A stretch of 64,000 nucleotides of DNA from the NCBI GenBank assembly GCA_026416895.1, contig JAOAEH010000029.1, positions 228 through 64,227 of the forward strand, given 5' to 3'. A program made the position numbers and the translations under genes. Positions 28,688-38,760 of the stretch are shown piece by piece; the first letter of the stretch is position 1; each line of letters starts with the position of its first letter. The stretch comes from Elusimicrobiales bacterium (GTDB taxonomy: Bacteria; Elusimicrobiota; Elusimicrobia; Elusimicrobiales; UBA9959). Under the pieces are notes generated by a model. That model ran no database searches, was not told the DNA's origin, and saw only the letters and a list, made by a program, of their open reading frames with translations.

Positions 28688-30766
28688 TTATTCATTTAAG
28701 GCCTCTGAATATTTTAAATTGAATAAATTAATATTTGAAAGCATCTTCATTTCAATATCTTTTATTTTAATTGGATTCCCTTCAAAATAATTTTTTTCTA
28801 ACTCTATTAAATCTATATTTTGAGGGATATTCTCTCTTGAATTCAATTTATATTTTTTAATGATAAAATTTTTAAACTCATCAGCAGAATTTTCAAATTT
28901 TAAAAAATATTGAGGTAGATAATGATATTTATCAAGAGAATGACCGTAGATAAAATCATAATTTATTTTTTCATTTAATAATAAAAGATTTGTAAAATAT
29001 GAAAATTTATTTTTAGGTATTATTTGAAAAGAAGTCATTATTCTGCCTTTTTGATCATATAAACAAGAAAAAACATTCGTATTTTTAGCCCATAAAGCAA
29101 TTCTATTGCTAAATATAAAAGAATTACTAGATAAATAAATTGCTTTTTCATATCCCATTACATCTGCAACTGATATTCCAATTAAATATCCCCTCCAAAA
29201 ATCAGCAACTATATTAGAAGAATTAGTAATTATTTTTTCTTTAAATGAAAGAAGTGAAATTTCTTTTTCTTTCAATATACATGGGAATACATAACCTTTT
29301 TCATCTAAAGATATTTTTTCTACATGGGATAAAGGATATACTTGTTTAAAATATGACAAAAAAACATGTTCTGATGTATTATCTAATATAACTAAATTAT
29401 CAAAAAAATCTATTTCTTTATTGATTTTTAAATGCCAATCTACCCATAAAACTAAAGCTTCATAATCTTCTACTGTTTTAATCTCTGATAAAGAAAAAAG
29501 TAGAGTTTTTTTCTTGGGTTTATCTACTTTTTTATTTATACCAAGAGTTCTAAAAAGAAAGTTTTTAGCTGAATATAAGTCATCCTGCGTTAAAACATCA
29601 ATAGAATTTTCAGTTGTGCCTCTACAATTTGGAGTTAAATGAGAAGTTTCTTGTATTCTTGGAACTTTTAAAACTTCAGCTAAAGCATACGGAGATGATT
29701 GATTACCTATAAATACTTTACACCCTTTTATTACTGAAGCAAGCTCTAAGAAATTGGATGTTGGATAATAAAATACTCTACTACGAAGAGGATAAATCTT
29801 TACAAATCTTTCATATTCTTCTTTGGTTCCTACAAAACATACTTTTATATCTTCATCTAATCCGTCAATTAAGTACCTATAATCAAATATTGTATTTCTA
29901 TATCTTTCTGTTCGGGATATAACAACTTCCGCAACGTCTAGAGGCTCTACATCTAATTCTAAATTTGATATATTTGGTTTTATAAAAATTTTTTCAAAAT
30001 TTGTTATAGATAAATGATTATTTTCCATATCTCTAACTCCTTCTCTAAAAAAATCTAAAAATATATCTGCATCATCTATATCTATATTTTTCTTTACTTC
30101 TACATAAAAACCTTGTTTTTCTAAAAAAGGTTTTAATGATAATGCAGTTTTTTCACTCATTTTTGTTTCATAAAATCCGTGCGGTTTTAATATTATTTTT
30201 TTTAACCCAAGTTCCTTAAATCCTGCAATTGAGTATATAATATCTCCTAAATCACCTCCATGAACTACAGAGGAGGGTGGCAATTCACTAAATAATGATT
30301 TATATATAGTTTTAAATAAAAATTCTCTCAATTCTTTAGAAATATTTGAAATATTAGATAAAAATATTTTCTGAGGTCCTGTATATTGGAAAACTTCACA
30401 AGAAGAAAAATCATATGACAAAAAAGGTAGATTTTTTTGACTTAAAGCTTTTATATAATCCTTCAAGGTTTTTAAATTTATTAATCCCTTAAAGATCTCA
30501 CATGTCAAATGATTTTTCGTTATATATATTAAATCATCAAATACACCGAATGAGGTTTTAAATAAAACAATATCATTTTGAATTCTATTAAAAGCTCCTC
30601 CACAACATACCCAATCATCTGAAAGTATTAGCAAATTATCTTCTTTTGATTTTTCTAATATAAAGTTATCTTCAAATCTAATTTTAAAACTATATATATC
30701 TGAGGCTCTTTCCCAAATTTTTCTGTAGTATTGATTTGGATTTGAATTAAGAATAACTATTTCCAT
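28688..30766 (-). CDS. Large cytoplasmic multidomain protein with a central GT9 (heptosyltransferase)-like glycosyltransferase domain
   Basis: VVHGGDLGDIIYSIAGFKELG... and ...TSNFLELASVIKGCKVFIGNQSSPYALAEVLKVPRI match the GT9 pattern (lGDvi...; tsl.el.ali..a.l.vgnDSGpmHlAaAlg.P). The N-terminal (~160 aa) and C-terminal (~290 aa) regions are unassigned. No TM segment. Confidence 0.5.
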   Translation of the reverse strand: MEIVILNSNPNQYYRKIWERASDIYSFKIRFEDNFILEKSKEDNLLILSDDWVCCGGAFNRIQNDIVLFKTSFGVFDDLIYITKNHLTCEIFKGLINLKTLKDYIKALSQKNLPFLSYDFSSCEVFQYTGPQKIFLSNISNISKELREFLFKTIYKSLFSELPPSSVVHGGDLGDIIYSIAGFKELGLKKIILKPHGFYETKMSEKTALSLKPFLEKQGFYVEVKKNIDIDDADIFLDFFREGVRDMENNHLSITNFEKIFIKPNISNLELDVEPLDVAEVVISRTERYRNTIFDYRYLIDGLDEDIKVCFVGTKEEYERFVKIYPLRSRVFYYPTSNFLELASVIKGCKVFIGNQSSPYALAEVLKVPRIQETSHLTPNCRGTTENSIDVLTQDDLYSAKNFLFRTLGINKKVDKPKKKTLLFSLSEIKTVEDYEALVLWVDWHLKINKEIDFFDNLVILDNTSEHVFLSYFKQVYPLSHVEKISLDEKGYVFPCILKEKEISLLSFKEKIITNSSNIVADFWRGYLIGISVADVMGYEKAIYLSSNSFIFSNRIALWAKNTNVFSCLYDQKGRIMTSFQIIPKNKFSYFTNLLLLNEKINYDFIYGHSLDKYHYLPQYFLKFENSADEFKNFIIKKYKLNSRENIPQNIDLIELEKNYFEGNPIKIKDIEMKMLSNINLFNLKYSEALNE

Positions 30767-31128
30767 TAGTTAACTAACTCCTTTTGTTGTTTTTTTAAAA
30801 TAGAAGTAAGTTGTGAATATGGTATATTAAGCATAAAAGATATTTCTTTAAGTTTTAAGCCACTTTTTCTCATTTTATCTAAAATTTCATAATTCAACCT
30901 CAATTGATTTACATTCGGTGTATTATTAATCTCCTCAAGTTTTTTATTTAATTTTTTTATTTCGCTTTCAATAACTTCAATCTTAGATAATATTTGCTTG
31001 TTATCTTCTTCAAATATCATATGGTCTATAAAATTTTTAAGTCCTTTTTTTCCAGTTTTTTTCTCGAAATATTTATATAAAATAAAAATAATACCTATTC
31101 CTAACGATAACATTATTCCACTTATCAT
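30766..31128 (-). CDS. Membrane-anchored small protein with coiled coil and C-terminal HTH-like segment
   Basis: N-terminal TM ISGIMLSLGIGIIFILY, a coiled-coil centre, and a C-terminal GLKLKEISFMLNIPYSQLTSILKKQ resembling sigma region 4 / LuxR-type HTH. The start overlaps the fliA stop by 4 nt. Confidence 0.45.
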   Translation of the reverse strand: MISGIMLSLGIGIIFILYKYFEKKTGKKGLKNFIDHMIFEEDNKQILSKIEVIESEIKKLNKKLEEINNTPNVNQLRLNYEILDKMRKSGLKLKEISFMLNIPYSQLTSILKKQQKELVN

Positions 31129-31835
31129 ATTTTACTCCTTAAATATGCTTTAATTTTGTTTATAGCTGATGATAAAATTTGTGAAATTCTTGATTCAGTG
31201 AGTTCTAATATGTTTCCAATTTCTTTAAGATTTAGATCTTCATAAAAATATAAACTAACAACAATTTTTTCTTTTTCTGGTAATTTTTCTAATGCTTCTG
31301 AAACAAGTTTTATTTTTAATTCTCTCTCTACATTTTCTTCAGGCGTATAAAAATCAAGTCTGTTTACTATTTCAAAATCTTCATTTAATTCATCAATAGG
31401 TATAAAGTATATAGGAGATGAATTTTTAAGATGCTCATAGTATTCCTCTATACTCCACCCAAGCTCTTTTGTTATTTCTGCATCCGATGGTATTTCTCCA
31501 TTTTTTGAGGTAAGATTTTCAGTAACTTTTTCAACAATTTTAGCTTTTTCTTTTACACTTCTTGGTATCCAATTCATACTCTGTAGAAAATTTAGTATTG
31601 AACCCCTAATTCTATATCTTGCATATGCTTCAAACTTAGTATTTCGACTTTCATCAAATCGTGAGATTGCTTCATATAATCCTACCATTCCAACTGAAAC
31701 TAAATCTTCATAATCAACACCTGGTGGTAGATTATATGATAACTTTGAAGCTATATTTTTAACGAGCGGAATGTATTTTTTCAACTTTTCATCCGCTTGA
31801 TTATATTTTTTATCAACTTCTCTTTGTGTTATCAT
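31125..31835 (-). CDS. fliA: Flagellar sigma factor FliA (sigma-28)
   Basis: Region 2 DLVSVGMVGLYEAISRFDESRNTKFEAYARYRIRGSILNFL, region 4 EDLNLKEIGNILELTESRISQILSSAINKIK. 236 aa. Confidence 0.92.
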   Translation of the reverse strand: MITQREVDKKYNQADEKLKKYIPLVKNIASKLSYNLPPGVDYEDLVSVGMVGLYEAISRFDESRNTKFEAYARYRIRGSILNFLQSMNWIPRSVKEKAKIVEKVTENLTSKNGEIPSDAEITKELGWSIEEYYEHLKNSSPIYFIPIDELNEDFEIVNRLDFYTPEENVERELKIKLVSEALEKLPEKEKIVVSLYFYEDLNLKEIGNILELTESRISQILSSAINKIKAYLRSKI

Positions 31836-32459
31836 TTAACCTCCTTTAATTATATATCCAAAAGTTCTTTGATAACTATATATAAACCTAGCTAGATTAG
31901 CATCTGAAACATCATCTATTGAGATAAAAGATATTCTTGCTATCTTTATTTGTTTTTTTTCATTTAAATCACATACCCACCCTAAAGCCTCTGATTTATT
32001 ATTATCAATTGTAATTTTAATTAACAACATATCTCCTTTATTTATATTAACTTCTTGTTCTAAATAAATACTTATACCACCTATACTAATATCACAAGTT
32101 TTAGTACTTATTTCTTGTGATGATGAGTTTATACCATCTAATGTTTTTGAAATTGTTACATCAAGATTTACTGGAATACGAATCCAGTTTTTTCTATTCT
32201 CTAATCTTTTTATTTCTGACTGTATTTTGCATACAACTTTTGAATCTGAGAAGTCAATTTTTTCTATCAAACATGAAAATTCTTTTAATGAGTCATCATC
32301 ATATCTTATTATTAGATTTACTTCTTCATTTATATTTAAAATGTTTGTATGATCAATAGGAAGCAAAAACTCTATTTTATCTTCTTCATTTTTTTCTACA
32401 TAACTCCACATAACTACATTTCTATTTTTTGGTTTTATCTCAACTATTGGTTTTCTCAT
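31836..32459 (-). CDS. PilZ-domain protein, YcgR/MotI-like putative flagellar brake
   Basis: The C-terminal PilZ has RKNWIR (an RKxxxR variant of RRxxxR) and DISIGG (DxSxxG). An N-terminal beta-barrel-like domain is present. The gene sits between flgE and fliA. Confidence 0.7.
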   Translation of the reverse strand: MRKPIVEIKPKNRNVVMWSYVEKNEEDKIEFLLPIDHTNILNINEEVNLIIRYDDDSLKEFSCLIEKIDFSDSKVVCKIQSEIKRLENRKNWIRIPVNLDVTISKTLDGINSSSQEISTKTCDISIGGISIYLEQEVNINKGDMLLIKITIDNNKSEALGWVCDLNEKKQIKIARISFISIDDVSDANLARFIYSYQRTFGYIIKGG

Positions 32460-32460
32460 A

Positions 32461-34035
32461 TTATCTCTTTATATTTATCAGTTCATTCAATATCTCATCT
32501 GATGTAGAAATTAACCTAGCATTTGCCTGATAGCCTCTCTGAGTAGTTATTAAATCTGTAAATTCTTTACTTAAATCGACATTTGAGGTTTCAAGATTTC
32601 CACTTATTAGTTTTCCTCTTCCGTCAGTAGCTGCTGCACCTATATATGGAATTCCTGAATTGTTTGATTGACTAAAAAGAGAGCCTTGGGCTTTGGTTAA
32701 GCCTGATGGGTTAGCAAAATTAGCTAAAGCAATCTGACCAATCTTCATTATAACACCATTTGAGAATATTCCATTTATACAACCGAAAGCATCAATTGAA
32801 AAGTTTTGTAAAGCTCCAGATGAATAGCCGTTTTGGCTTGTTGCTAAAATTGAACTTGGAGAGGAAAATTGTGTCGTTTTACTAAAATCGATTGAAATCT
32901 CAGAAAATCCCATTCCAGATCCATAGTTTACAGTCAGTTTGTTATTAGTTACTGATGAAAAATTTCCTGTATTTGCATCATATTCTAATATACCACTACC
33001 ACTAACATTTATAGAATCATCTAGTGAAGAAGCAGTCCATCTCCAAGTATTATCTGCTATTTTGGAAAAAGTAAGTTTAATATTATGAACTCCACCAAGT
33101 TTGTCATGTATTTGTATTGTATTTTCAAAATCAAATGCTTTTGAATAAACTCCTTTTATCTCAACATCTGAAACAGCTGGGCTTTGAACTTCAAACTTAC
33201 CTCCGCTTAAACTACCAATTAAAGGTGGTTTTATAGTAACAGTTGCGCCAGAACTGAAATTTATAACTATATCATTTCCAGTAGATAAAACTCTACCATT
33301 TTCATCTAACTCAATTACTCCTGTTTTATTTGTAATAGAAGATATAGAAGAACCTTCAATTCCTAAAGCATCTACTACATACTCCCATTTATTAAAACCT
33401 CCTGAAGGTTTAATTGATATAGATATTTGTGCTTTTTCAGAAGTAGGAGATGTAATTGTACAAGATGATGGAATATAAGATAAACTACCATTTAATCTTG
33501 AGTCTAAATTTTGTTCAAATTTAATGAGACTTGTTTCTTTGGCTGGTATAGTTTTACCAATTGGTATATTTATTGATGTAATTGGTGTATTTACATTTAT
33601 ATTACCATTATCATCAGCAATCCAACCTTGTAATATCATACCACTAGAGCTATGAACCAAATTACCAGAGGAATCTAATGCGAAATTTCCACATCTTGTA
33701 TAATATTTAGTTGAACCGTCTGCAACTATGAAAAATCCATTACCTTCAATGGCAATATCTGTATTCGAACCTGTGTATTGTAAGTTACCTTGAGTAAACT
33801 GAGTAGTTATTGAACCTACCTTCACACCAAGTCCTATTTGAATTGGATTTTTCCCGCCTAATTTTGAAGATGGTGAAGATGCTCCAGAGATTGTTTGATT
33901 TAATAGCTCTTCAAAATTTACATCACTTCTTTTATATCCCGTTGTATTTACATTTGCTATATTATTACCAATTACATCAAGCTTTACTTGATGTGCTTGT
34001 ATGGCTGATACTCCTGAATATAATGATTTTAACAT
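32461..34035 (-). CDS. flgE: Flagellar hook protein FlgE
   Basis: MLKSLYSGVSAIQAHQVKLDVIGNNIANVNTTGYK... and the C-terminal SNVDLSKEFTDLITTQRGYQANARLISTSDEILNELINI. Confidence 0.95.
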   Translation of the reverse strand: MLKSLYSGVSAIQAHQVKLDVIGNNIANVNTTGYKRSDVNFEELLNQTISGASSPSSKLGGKNPIQIGLGVKVGSITTQFTQGNLQYTGSNTDIAIEGNGFFIVADGSTKYYTRCGNFALDSSGNLVHSSSGMILQGWIADDNGNINVNTPITSINIPIGKTIPAKETSLIKFEQNLDSRLNGSLSYIPSSCTITSPTSEKAQISISIKPSGGFNKWEYVVDALGIEGSSISSITNKTGVIELDENGRVLSTGNDIVINFSSGATVTIKPPLIGSLSGGKFEVQSPAVSDVEIKGVYSKAFDFENTIQIHDKLGGVHNIKLTFSKIADNTWRWTASSLDDSINVSGSGILEYDANTGNFSSVTNNKLTVNYGSGMGFSEISIDFSKTTQFSSPSSILATSQNGYSSGALQNFSIDAFGCINGIFSNGVIMKIGQIALANFANPSGLTKAQGSLFSQSNNSGIPYIGAAATDGRGKLISGNLETSNVDLSKEFTDLITTQRGYQANARLISTSDEILNELINIKR

Positions 34036-34048
34036 AATTACCTCCTTA

Positions 34049-34408
34049 TTAATTTTTTTCTATCTTACTTATGTTTGTTATATGTATAGAACCTTTATTT
34101 GTATTAAACAAAGGTCCATCTGACGTTTGTGTTATGCTTATAATATTTCCTTCAACAGTGTTTCCATAATTATCCTTTCCTGTTATTTTAAAACCTATTA
34201 AAAATGAAGAAAACAAATTCAATATTTCTGAATTATTTTTCCTTATTTCTTCAAGTCGTTCAAGCTCAGCTAATTGAGCAAGTTGTGATGTAAAATCAGA
34301 ATTGTTAATTGGATTAATTGGATCCTGATTTTTTACTTGTGTTATAAATAACTTTAAAAAATTATCTCTTATATTTTTAGTTGATAGTGTAGAGTTATTT
34401 ATTTCCAT
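34049..34408 (-). CDS. flgD: Flagellar hook assembly/capping protein FlgD (short form)
   Basis: FLKLFITQVKNQDPINPINNSDFTSQLAQLAELE. Only 119 aa. Confidence 0.85.
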   Translation of the reverse strand: MEINNSTLSTKNIRDNFLKLFITQVKNQDPINPINNSDFTSQLAQLAELERLEEIRKNNSEILNLFSSFLIGFKITGKDNYGNTVEGNIISITQTSDGPLFNTNKGSIHITNISKIEKN

Positions 34409-34421
34409 ATATGTAACCTCC

Positions 34422-35525
34422 TTAATTTAATAATTCGAACTTATTTTTATTTCGTTTCTTTTTACCCTTTTTATTAAATTCAAAATTATTTCTATTCCCA
34501 TCATTTTTGTCCTCATCCAATTCTACTTTAATATCTGTTTTTTGAATTTCTGAATTTTTCATTATTTCTTCCGATAATTCATTCTTTGAATTATCTATTT
34601 GTCTTGCTATTTCTTTATCTTGGCTTATTATTTTTATATCCATTTCCTTTGTGTTTGTATTAAGTAATATTTTTATCTTCCCAATTTTATCATCACTGAA
34701 CTCAAAATTTTTATTACTATTTTTAACTTGAAAATCTTTTAAATAAACTTTCATAGTTTCATTTAAATTTTTTTCTAAGTTAGTTTCTTTGATGTGATTT
34801 TGTTTATTATTTGTTGGTAGAAAATCAAAACTTTCCATTTCTTTTTTGTATTCTTTTTTATAGATTTGCAAAAAATCTTTTTGAGTTTCTTGCTGAGATT
34901 TTTGAATATGGTTATCTAATTTTAAACTTTTAATATCAAAATCATTTGATTTACTTGAATTGGTATTATTAATATATTCTTGTTTTACATGTTCTGTTTT
35001 TGTTTTATCAAAATTATCAAATAATTTTTTATCAACCTCGTTTTTTAAAACTGTAAGGATTCCTTTACTTTCTTTTTTCTCAACATTTAAAGAGAAATTT
35101 CCATTATTAGTGTTTCCAATTGTTTTTCTGTCGTTAATATTCGTCTCTTGTTCTTTCAAAACTTCATTTAATAAAGTTGTTTGTTGATTGATGCTTGTTT
35201 GATTAAAATTTTCTTGTTTTTCATTTTCGTTATTTGAACTAACTAGAGAAATGTCTTTATTAAAATAATTTTTACCAACATAATTTAAACTCTGAAATTC
35301 AAACTCACTATATATTTCATTTTCTACCATATATTTTTGAGATGAATTTGTTTGTATTAAGTCTGTTTTTTCCATTTCCCCCTTTTTTGGTTCAGCAATT
35401 TTATTTATAATATTGTCAATTATCATTATAAAATCAAAAATTTGAAGATTGTTTTTATTTTCTTTATTTTCTTTCGTATCTATAAAATCAACTATATTAA
35501 GTTGAGTATTTAAATCTATTTCCAT
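34422..35525 (-). CDS. fliK: Flagellar hook-length control protein FliK
   Basis: N/K/E-rich low-complexity protein between fliJ and flgD with a C-terminal FliK-like block (DDKIGKIKILLNTNTKEMDIKIISQDKEIARQI). Strong SD AGGAGGAAGA precedes ATG 35525. Confidence 0.7.
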   Translation of the reverse strand: MEIDLNTQLNIVDFIDTKENKENKNNLQIFDFIMIIDNIINKIAEPKKGEMEKTDLIQTNSSQKYMVENEIYSEFEFQSLNYVGKNYFNKDISLVSSNNENEKQENFNQTSINQQTTLLNEVLKEQETNINDRKTIGNTNNGNFSLNVEKKESKGILTVLKNEVDKKLFDNFDKTKTEHVKQEYINNTNSSKSNDFDIKSLKLDNHIQKSQQETQKDFLQIYKKEYKKEMESFDFLPTNNKQNHIKETNLEKNLNETMKVYLKDFQVKNSNKNFEFSDDKIGKIKILLNTNTKEMDIKIISQDKEIARQIDNSKNELSEEIMKNSEIQKTDIKVELDEDKNDGNRNNFEFNKKGKKKRNKNKFELLN

Positions 35526-35949
35526 TCTTCCTCCTACTATAAGACATCACTGCTACTTCCTCTATAAACATATTAAAAGCTTTATTAATTTTTTCTTCTT
35601 CTTTTTTTTCTAAAATATTTTTAAACTCTTCTATTTTTTTTCTATCTTTCATTTTTTCAAAAACTATATTTTTTTGATTTTCAAATTCTTCCTTTAATTT
35701 TAAAGTTTCATTATTTATCTTGTTTATCTCATCTCTTATTTGTTCTATAAAAACTAAAGAGTTACTAATTATTTGAGCATCAGTTTGATTTTTCAATTCA
35801 TTTGCTATAGTTTCCCTTATATTTTTCTTTATTTCTTTTAAACTTAACAAAATTTCTATCTCACTCTTAATTCGATTTAATTTTTGAACTTCTATATTCT
35901 CTTGATTTTTTTTCACTTTTAATAGAACTGCAATTTTATTTTTTTTCAT
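35497..35949 (-). CDS. fliJ: Flagellar export chaperone/stalk protein FliJ
   Basis: 150-aa coiled-coil protein directly after fliI. Confidence 0.75.
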   Translation of the reverse strand: MKKNKIAVLLKVKKNQENIEVQKLNRIKSEIEILLSLKEIKKNIRETIANELKNQTDAQIISNSLVFIEQIRDEINKINNETLKLKEEFENQKNIVFEKMKDRKKIEEFKNILEKKEEEKINKAFNMFIEEVAVMSYSRRKNGNRFKYST

Positions 35950-37250
35950 TTGAAAATATTCTCCATTAAAGATATTGTTTCTTCCATTTTAAATGATTCA
36001 TTTATTTTTTGCTTTATGAAATTTATAATCTTTTCATTTTTTTCTATTGCATAGTCAATTTCTTTGTTTGAACCAATATTATATGCTCCTATTTTTATCA
36101 TATCCTCATAACTTCTATAAACTGCCATAACATCCCTTATTTTATTGGCTAAACTAAGATGATGTTGTGTCACTATATCTGGCATAAGCCTACTTAAACT
36201 AAACAAAATATCAACTGCTGGATATTGATTTTTATGTGCTAGTTCTCTTGATAAAACTATATGTCCATCTAAAATTCCCCTAACAGCATCTGAGATTGGT
36301 TCATTATGATCATCCCCATCTACAAGGACTGTATATATAGCTGTTATCGAACCTTTATCACTTTGACCAGCTCGTTCAAGTAATCGAGGTAGCATTGCAA
36401 ATACAGAAGGAGTATATCCTTTTGCTGTTGGAGGTTCACCTAAAGAAAGACCAATTTCTCTTTGAGCCATAGCAAATCTTGTTAAAGAATCCATTATCAA
36501 CATTACCTTCATTGATTTATCTCTAAAATACTCTGCTATAGCTGTTGCAGAAAATGCAGCCTTTATCCTTAACATTGGAGATTGATCTGAAGTAGCAACA
36601 ACTATTACAGATTTCTTTAACCCATCTTCTCCTAAGTCTTTTTCTATAAACTCTCTAACTTCTCTACCCCTTTCACCTATTAGAGCAACTACATTAACAT
36701 CGGCCTTTGAATTTCTAGCAATCATACTCATAAGTGTGCTTTTACCAACTCCACTTCCAGCAAACAATCCAATTCTTTGACCTTGCCCAATAGTTGTAAG
36801 ACCATCTATTACTTTTATTCCTGTTTCCAATGGTTCAGTTATTCTTTTTCTTGTCATAGGTTTAGGAGGAGAGGTATATAAAGGATATGACTCTGAATTA
36901 ACAATGACACCTTTATCATCAATAGGATTGCCTAAAGCATCAATAACTCTTCCTATAAGATTTTTTCCAACTTTTACTGAAGCTCTTTTTGACGTAGTAT
37001 ATACTCTAGCTCCTGGTTTAAGATCATATAAATCATTTAAAGGCATAAGAAAAGTTTTGTCTTCAGAAAATCCTACAACTTCTGATAGAAAAATTCCTTT
37101 TTCTGTCTCAATCTTACATATCTCTCCTATGGCAGCAATTATTCCTTTAACTTCTATCACAAGTCCAATAACTTTATTTATATTTCCAACATAGGGACAT
37201 GTTTCAATTTTTTCAATTTCTTTAATTATCTCTTTTTCTAAATCTATCAT
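35946..37250 (-). CDS. fliI: Flagellum-specific ATPase FliI
   Basis: Walker A GLFAGSGVGKST, Walker B VMLIMDSLTR, and TAIYTVLVDGDDHNEPISD. Confidence 0.97.
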   Translation of the reverse strand: MIDLEKEIIKEIEKIETCPYVGNINKVIGLVIEVKGIIAAIGEICKIETEKGIFLSEVVGFSEDKTFLMPLNDLYDLKPGARVYTTSKRASVKVGKNLIGRVIDALGNPIDDKGVIVNSESYPLYTSPPKPMTRKRITEPLETGIKVIDGLTTIGQGQRIGLFAGSGVGKSTLMSMIARNSKADVNVVALIGERGREVREFIEKDLGEDGLKKSVIVVATSDQSPMLRIKAAFSATAIAEYFRDKSMKVMLIMDSLTRFAMAQREIGLSLGEPPTAKGYTPSVFAMLPRLLERAGQSDKGSITAIYTVLVDGDDHNEPISDAVRGILDGHIVLSRELAHKNQYPAVDILFSLSRLMPDIVTQHHLSLANKIRDVMAVYRSYEDMIKIGAYNIGSNKEIDYAIEKNEKIINFIKQKINESFKMEETISLMENIFK

Positions 37251-37798
37251 TTTAAAAACTGCTCCTTTAATATTTCTAATTGTTTTAAAATATCTATTTG
37301 TTTAAGTAAACCATCTGTTTTTATATAAATACCATCTTCAAATTCACCAGAAAATTCTATTCTTTCTTTAAAATTAGTAAGTTTTTCTTTTTCTATAATT
37401 TCAATAATTAATTCTTTAAACTTTAAAGGGAAAACTATTTTAGAATTATTTGTTCCGACTTGTTTAAGATGAGAATTGATAAAATTTATATATTTATCCT
37501 TTTCTATTTCATATTTCAATATTTTTTCGGCTATTGCAAAAGAAACTTCTAAAACTTTTGAGGTGAATTCGTTTTGAAGCTTTTTGTATTCATTATCAAA
37601 TTTGGATAAACTATCAGATAATAATTTAATATAATATGAAAGTTTAGAATATCCTTCTTCATAACCTCTTTTAAAACCATCTTCAATTGCTTTTTCTAAT
37701 TCTTCGTTTTTAAGTTCTTTATTTTTAATTTTGAATATTACTTTTTTTAAATCCTCTAATTCAACTGAAGAGAATCTATTTATACTTATATTGTTCAT
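37247..37798 (-). CDS. fliH: Flagellar assembly protein FliH
   Basis: 183 aa between fliG and fliI with a coiled-coil N-half (GFKRGYEEGY) typical of FliH. Confidence 0.75.
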   Translation of the reverse strand: MNNISINRFSSVELEDLKKVIFKIKNKELKNEELEKAIEDGFKRGYEEGYSKLSYYIKLLSDSLSKFDNEYKKLQNEFTSKVLEVSFAIAEKILKYEIEKDKYINFINSHLKQVGTNNSKIVFPLKFKELIIEIIEKEKLTNFKERIEFSGEFEDGIYIKTDGLLKQIDILKQLEILKEQFLK

Positions 37799-38760
37799 TA
37801 AGAAACTCCTTGCTCTAATAAGATTTTCTTAATTATTTTTGCTATTTTTTTTCTTGCATCATCTATATTCTTTTCTGAAATGTTTCCTAAACTTTCCATA
37901 TCTTCAGTAATTGCTGAAGCTGCTTCTTCAGTCATATTTTTAAAAATCTTTTCTGTAATTTTTTGCTCCGCATTTTTTAAAGCTATAACTAAAGTTTTTT
38001 GGTCAACGGATCTTAAAATTTTTTGAACTAATCTATCATCTAATTCAACAATTTTTTCAAAAGTAATCATCTTTTTCTCAACTTCATTATAAAAAGTTGG
38101 ATCTTCTTCTTTTAAAAATGACAAAATCTTTTGAGTTTCTTCCCTATTCATAAAACTTACTATTTCAGCAACTGTAACTGAAAAATTATCATTTTTATTT
38201 ATTTCTTTGGTATTCTCTATAAGTTCTTTTATTGCATTGCCTATCTGATTTATAGTTTCTTCATCTATTTCTTTAACCTTTTTCATATTAGAAAATATCT
38301 TTTTCTTTTTCTCATCATCAAACATAGAAATAAGTTCAACTGCTTTTTCTGTTTCTAAATTAACAACAACAACCGCTATTATTATTGGAGTTTCATTTTT
38401 AATAACAGAATATAATTTCTCTATGCTTGTATTTCTTATTACCTCAAAAGGATTTTTTTTGAAAATCGATTTTATTATACCTAATGCCTTTTTTTCACCT
38501 ATAGATAAAGATAATAGTTTTTTAATATTATCAATATCAAAATTGATTTTCTTATCTGAATGTGCTATTTTCTCATAAAATTCAGATATTATTTTTTCTG
38601 CATCTTCTTCTTTTATACTTTTCAAGTCATACATAATAGATACAATATCTGTTATAGTTTTCTCATCAAAACCTTGAATTATTTTAGAAGAAATATCTGC
38701 AGGAAGAACTGCAAGTAAAATTGCAATCTTTTCAATAGGGCTCATATTTTCAACTGGCAT
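37798..38760 (-). CDS. fliG: Flagellar motor switch protein FliG
   Basis: MSPIEKIAILLAVLPADISSKIIQ..., ...DDRLVQKILRSVDQKTLVIALK...EKIFKNMTEEAASAITEDME. Confidence 0.95.
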   Translation of the reverse strand: MPVENMSPIEKIAILLAVLPADISSKIIQGFDEKTITDIVSIMYDLKSIKEEDAEKIISEFYEKIAHSDKKINFDIDNIKKLLSLSIGEKKALGIIKSIFKKNPFEVIRNTSIEKLYSVIKNETPIIIAVVVVNLETEKAVELISMFDDEKKKKIFSNMKKVKEIDEETINQIGNAIKELIENTKEINKNDNFSVTVAEIVSFMNREETQKILSFLKEEDPTFYNEVEKKMITFEKIVELDDRLVQKILRSVDQKTLVIALKNAEQKITEKIFKNMTEEAASAITEDMESLGNISEKNIDDARKKIAKIIKKILLEQGVS

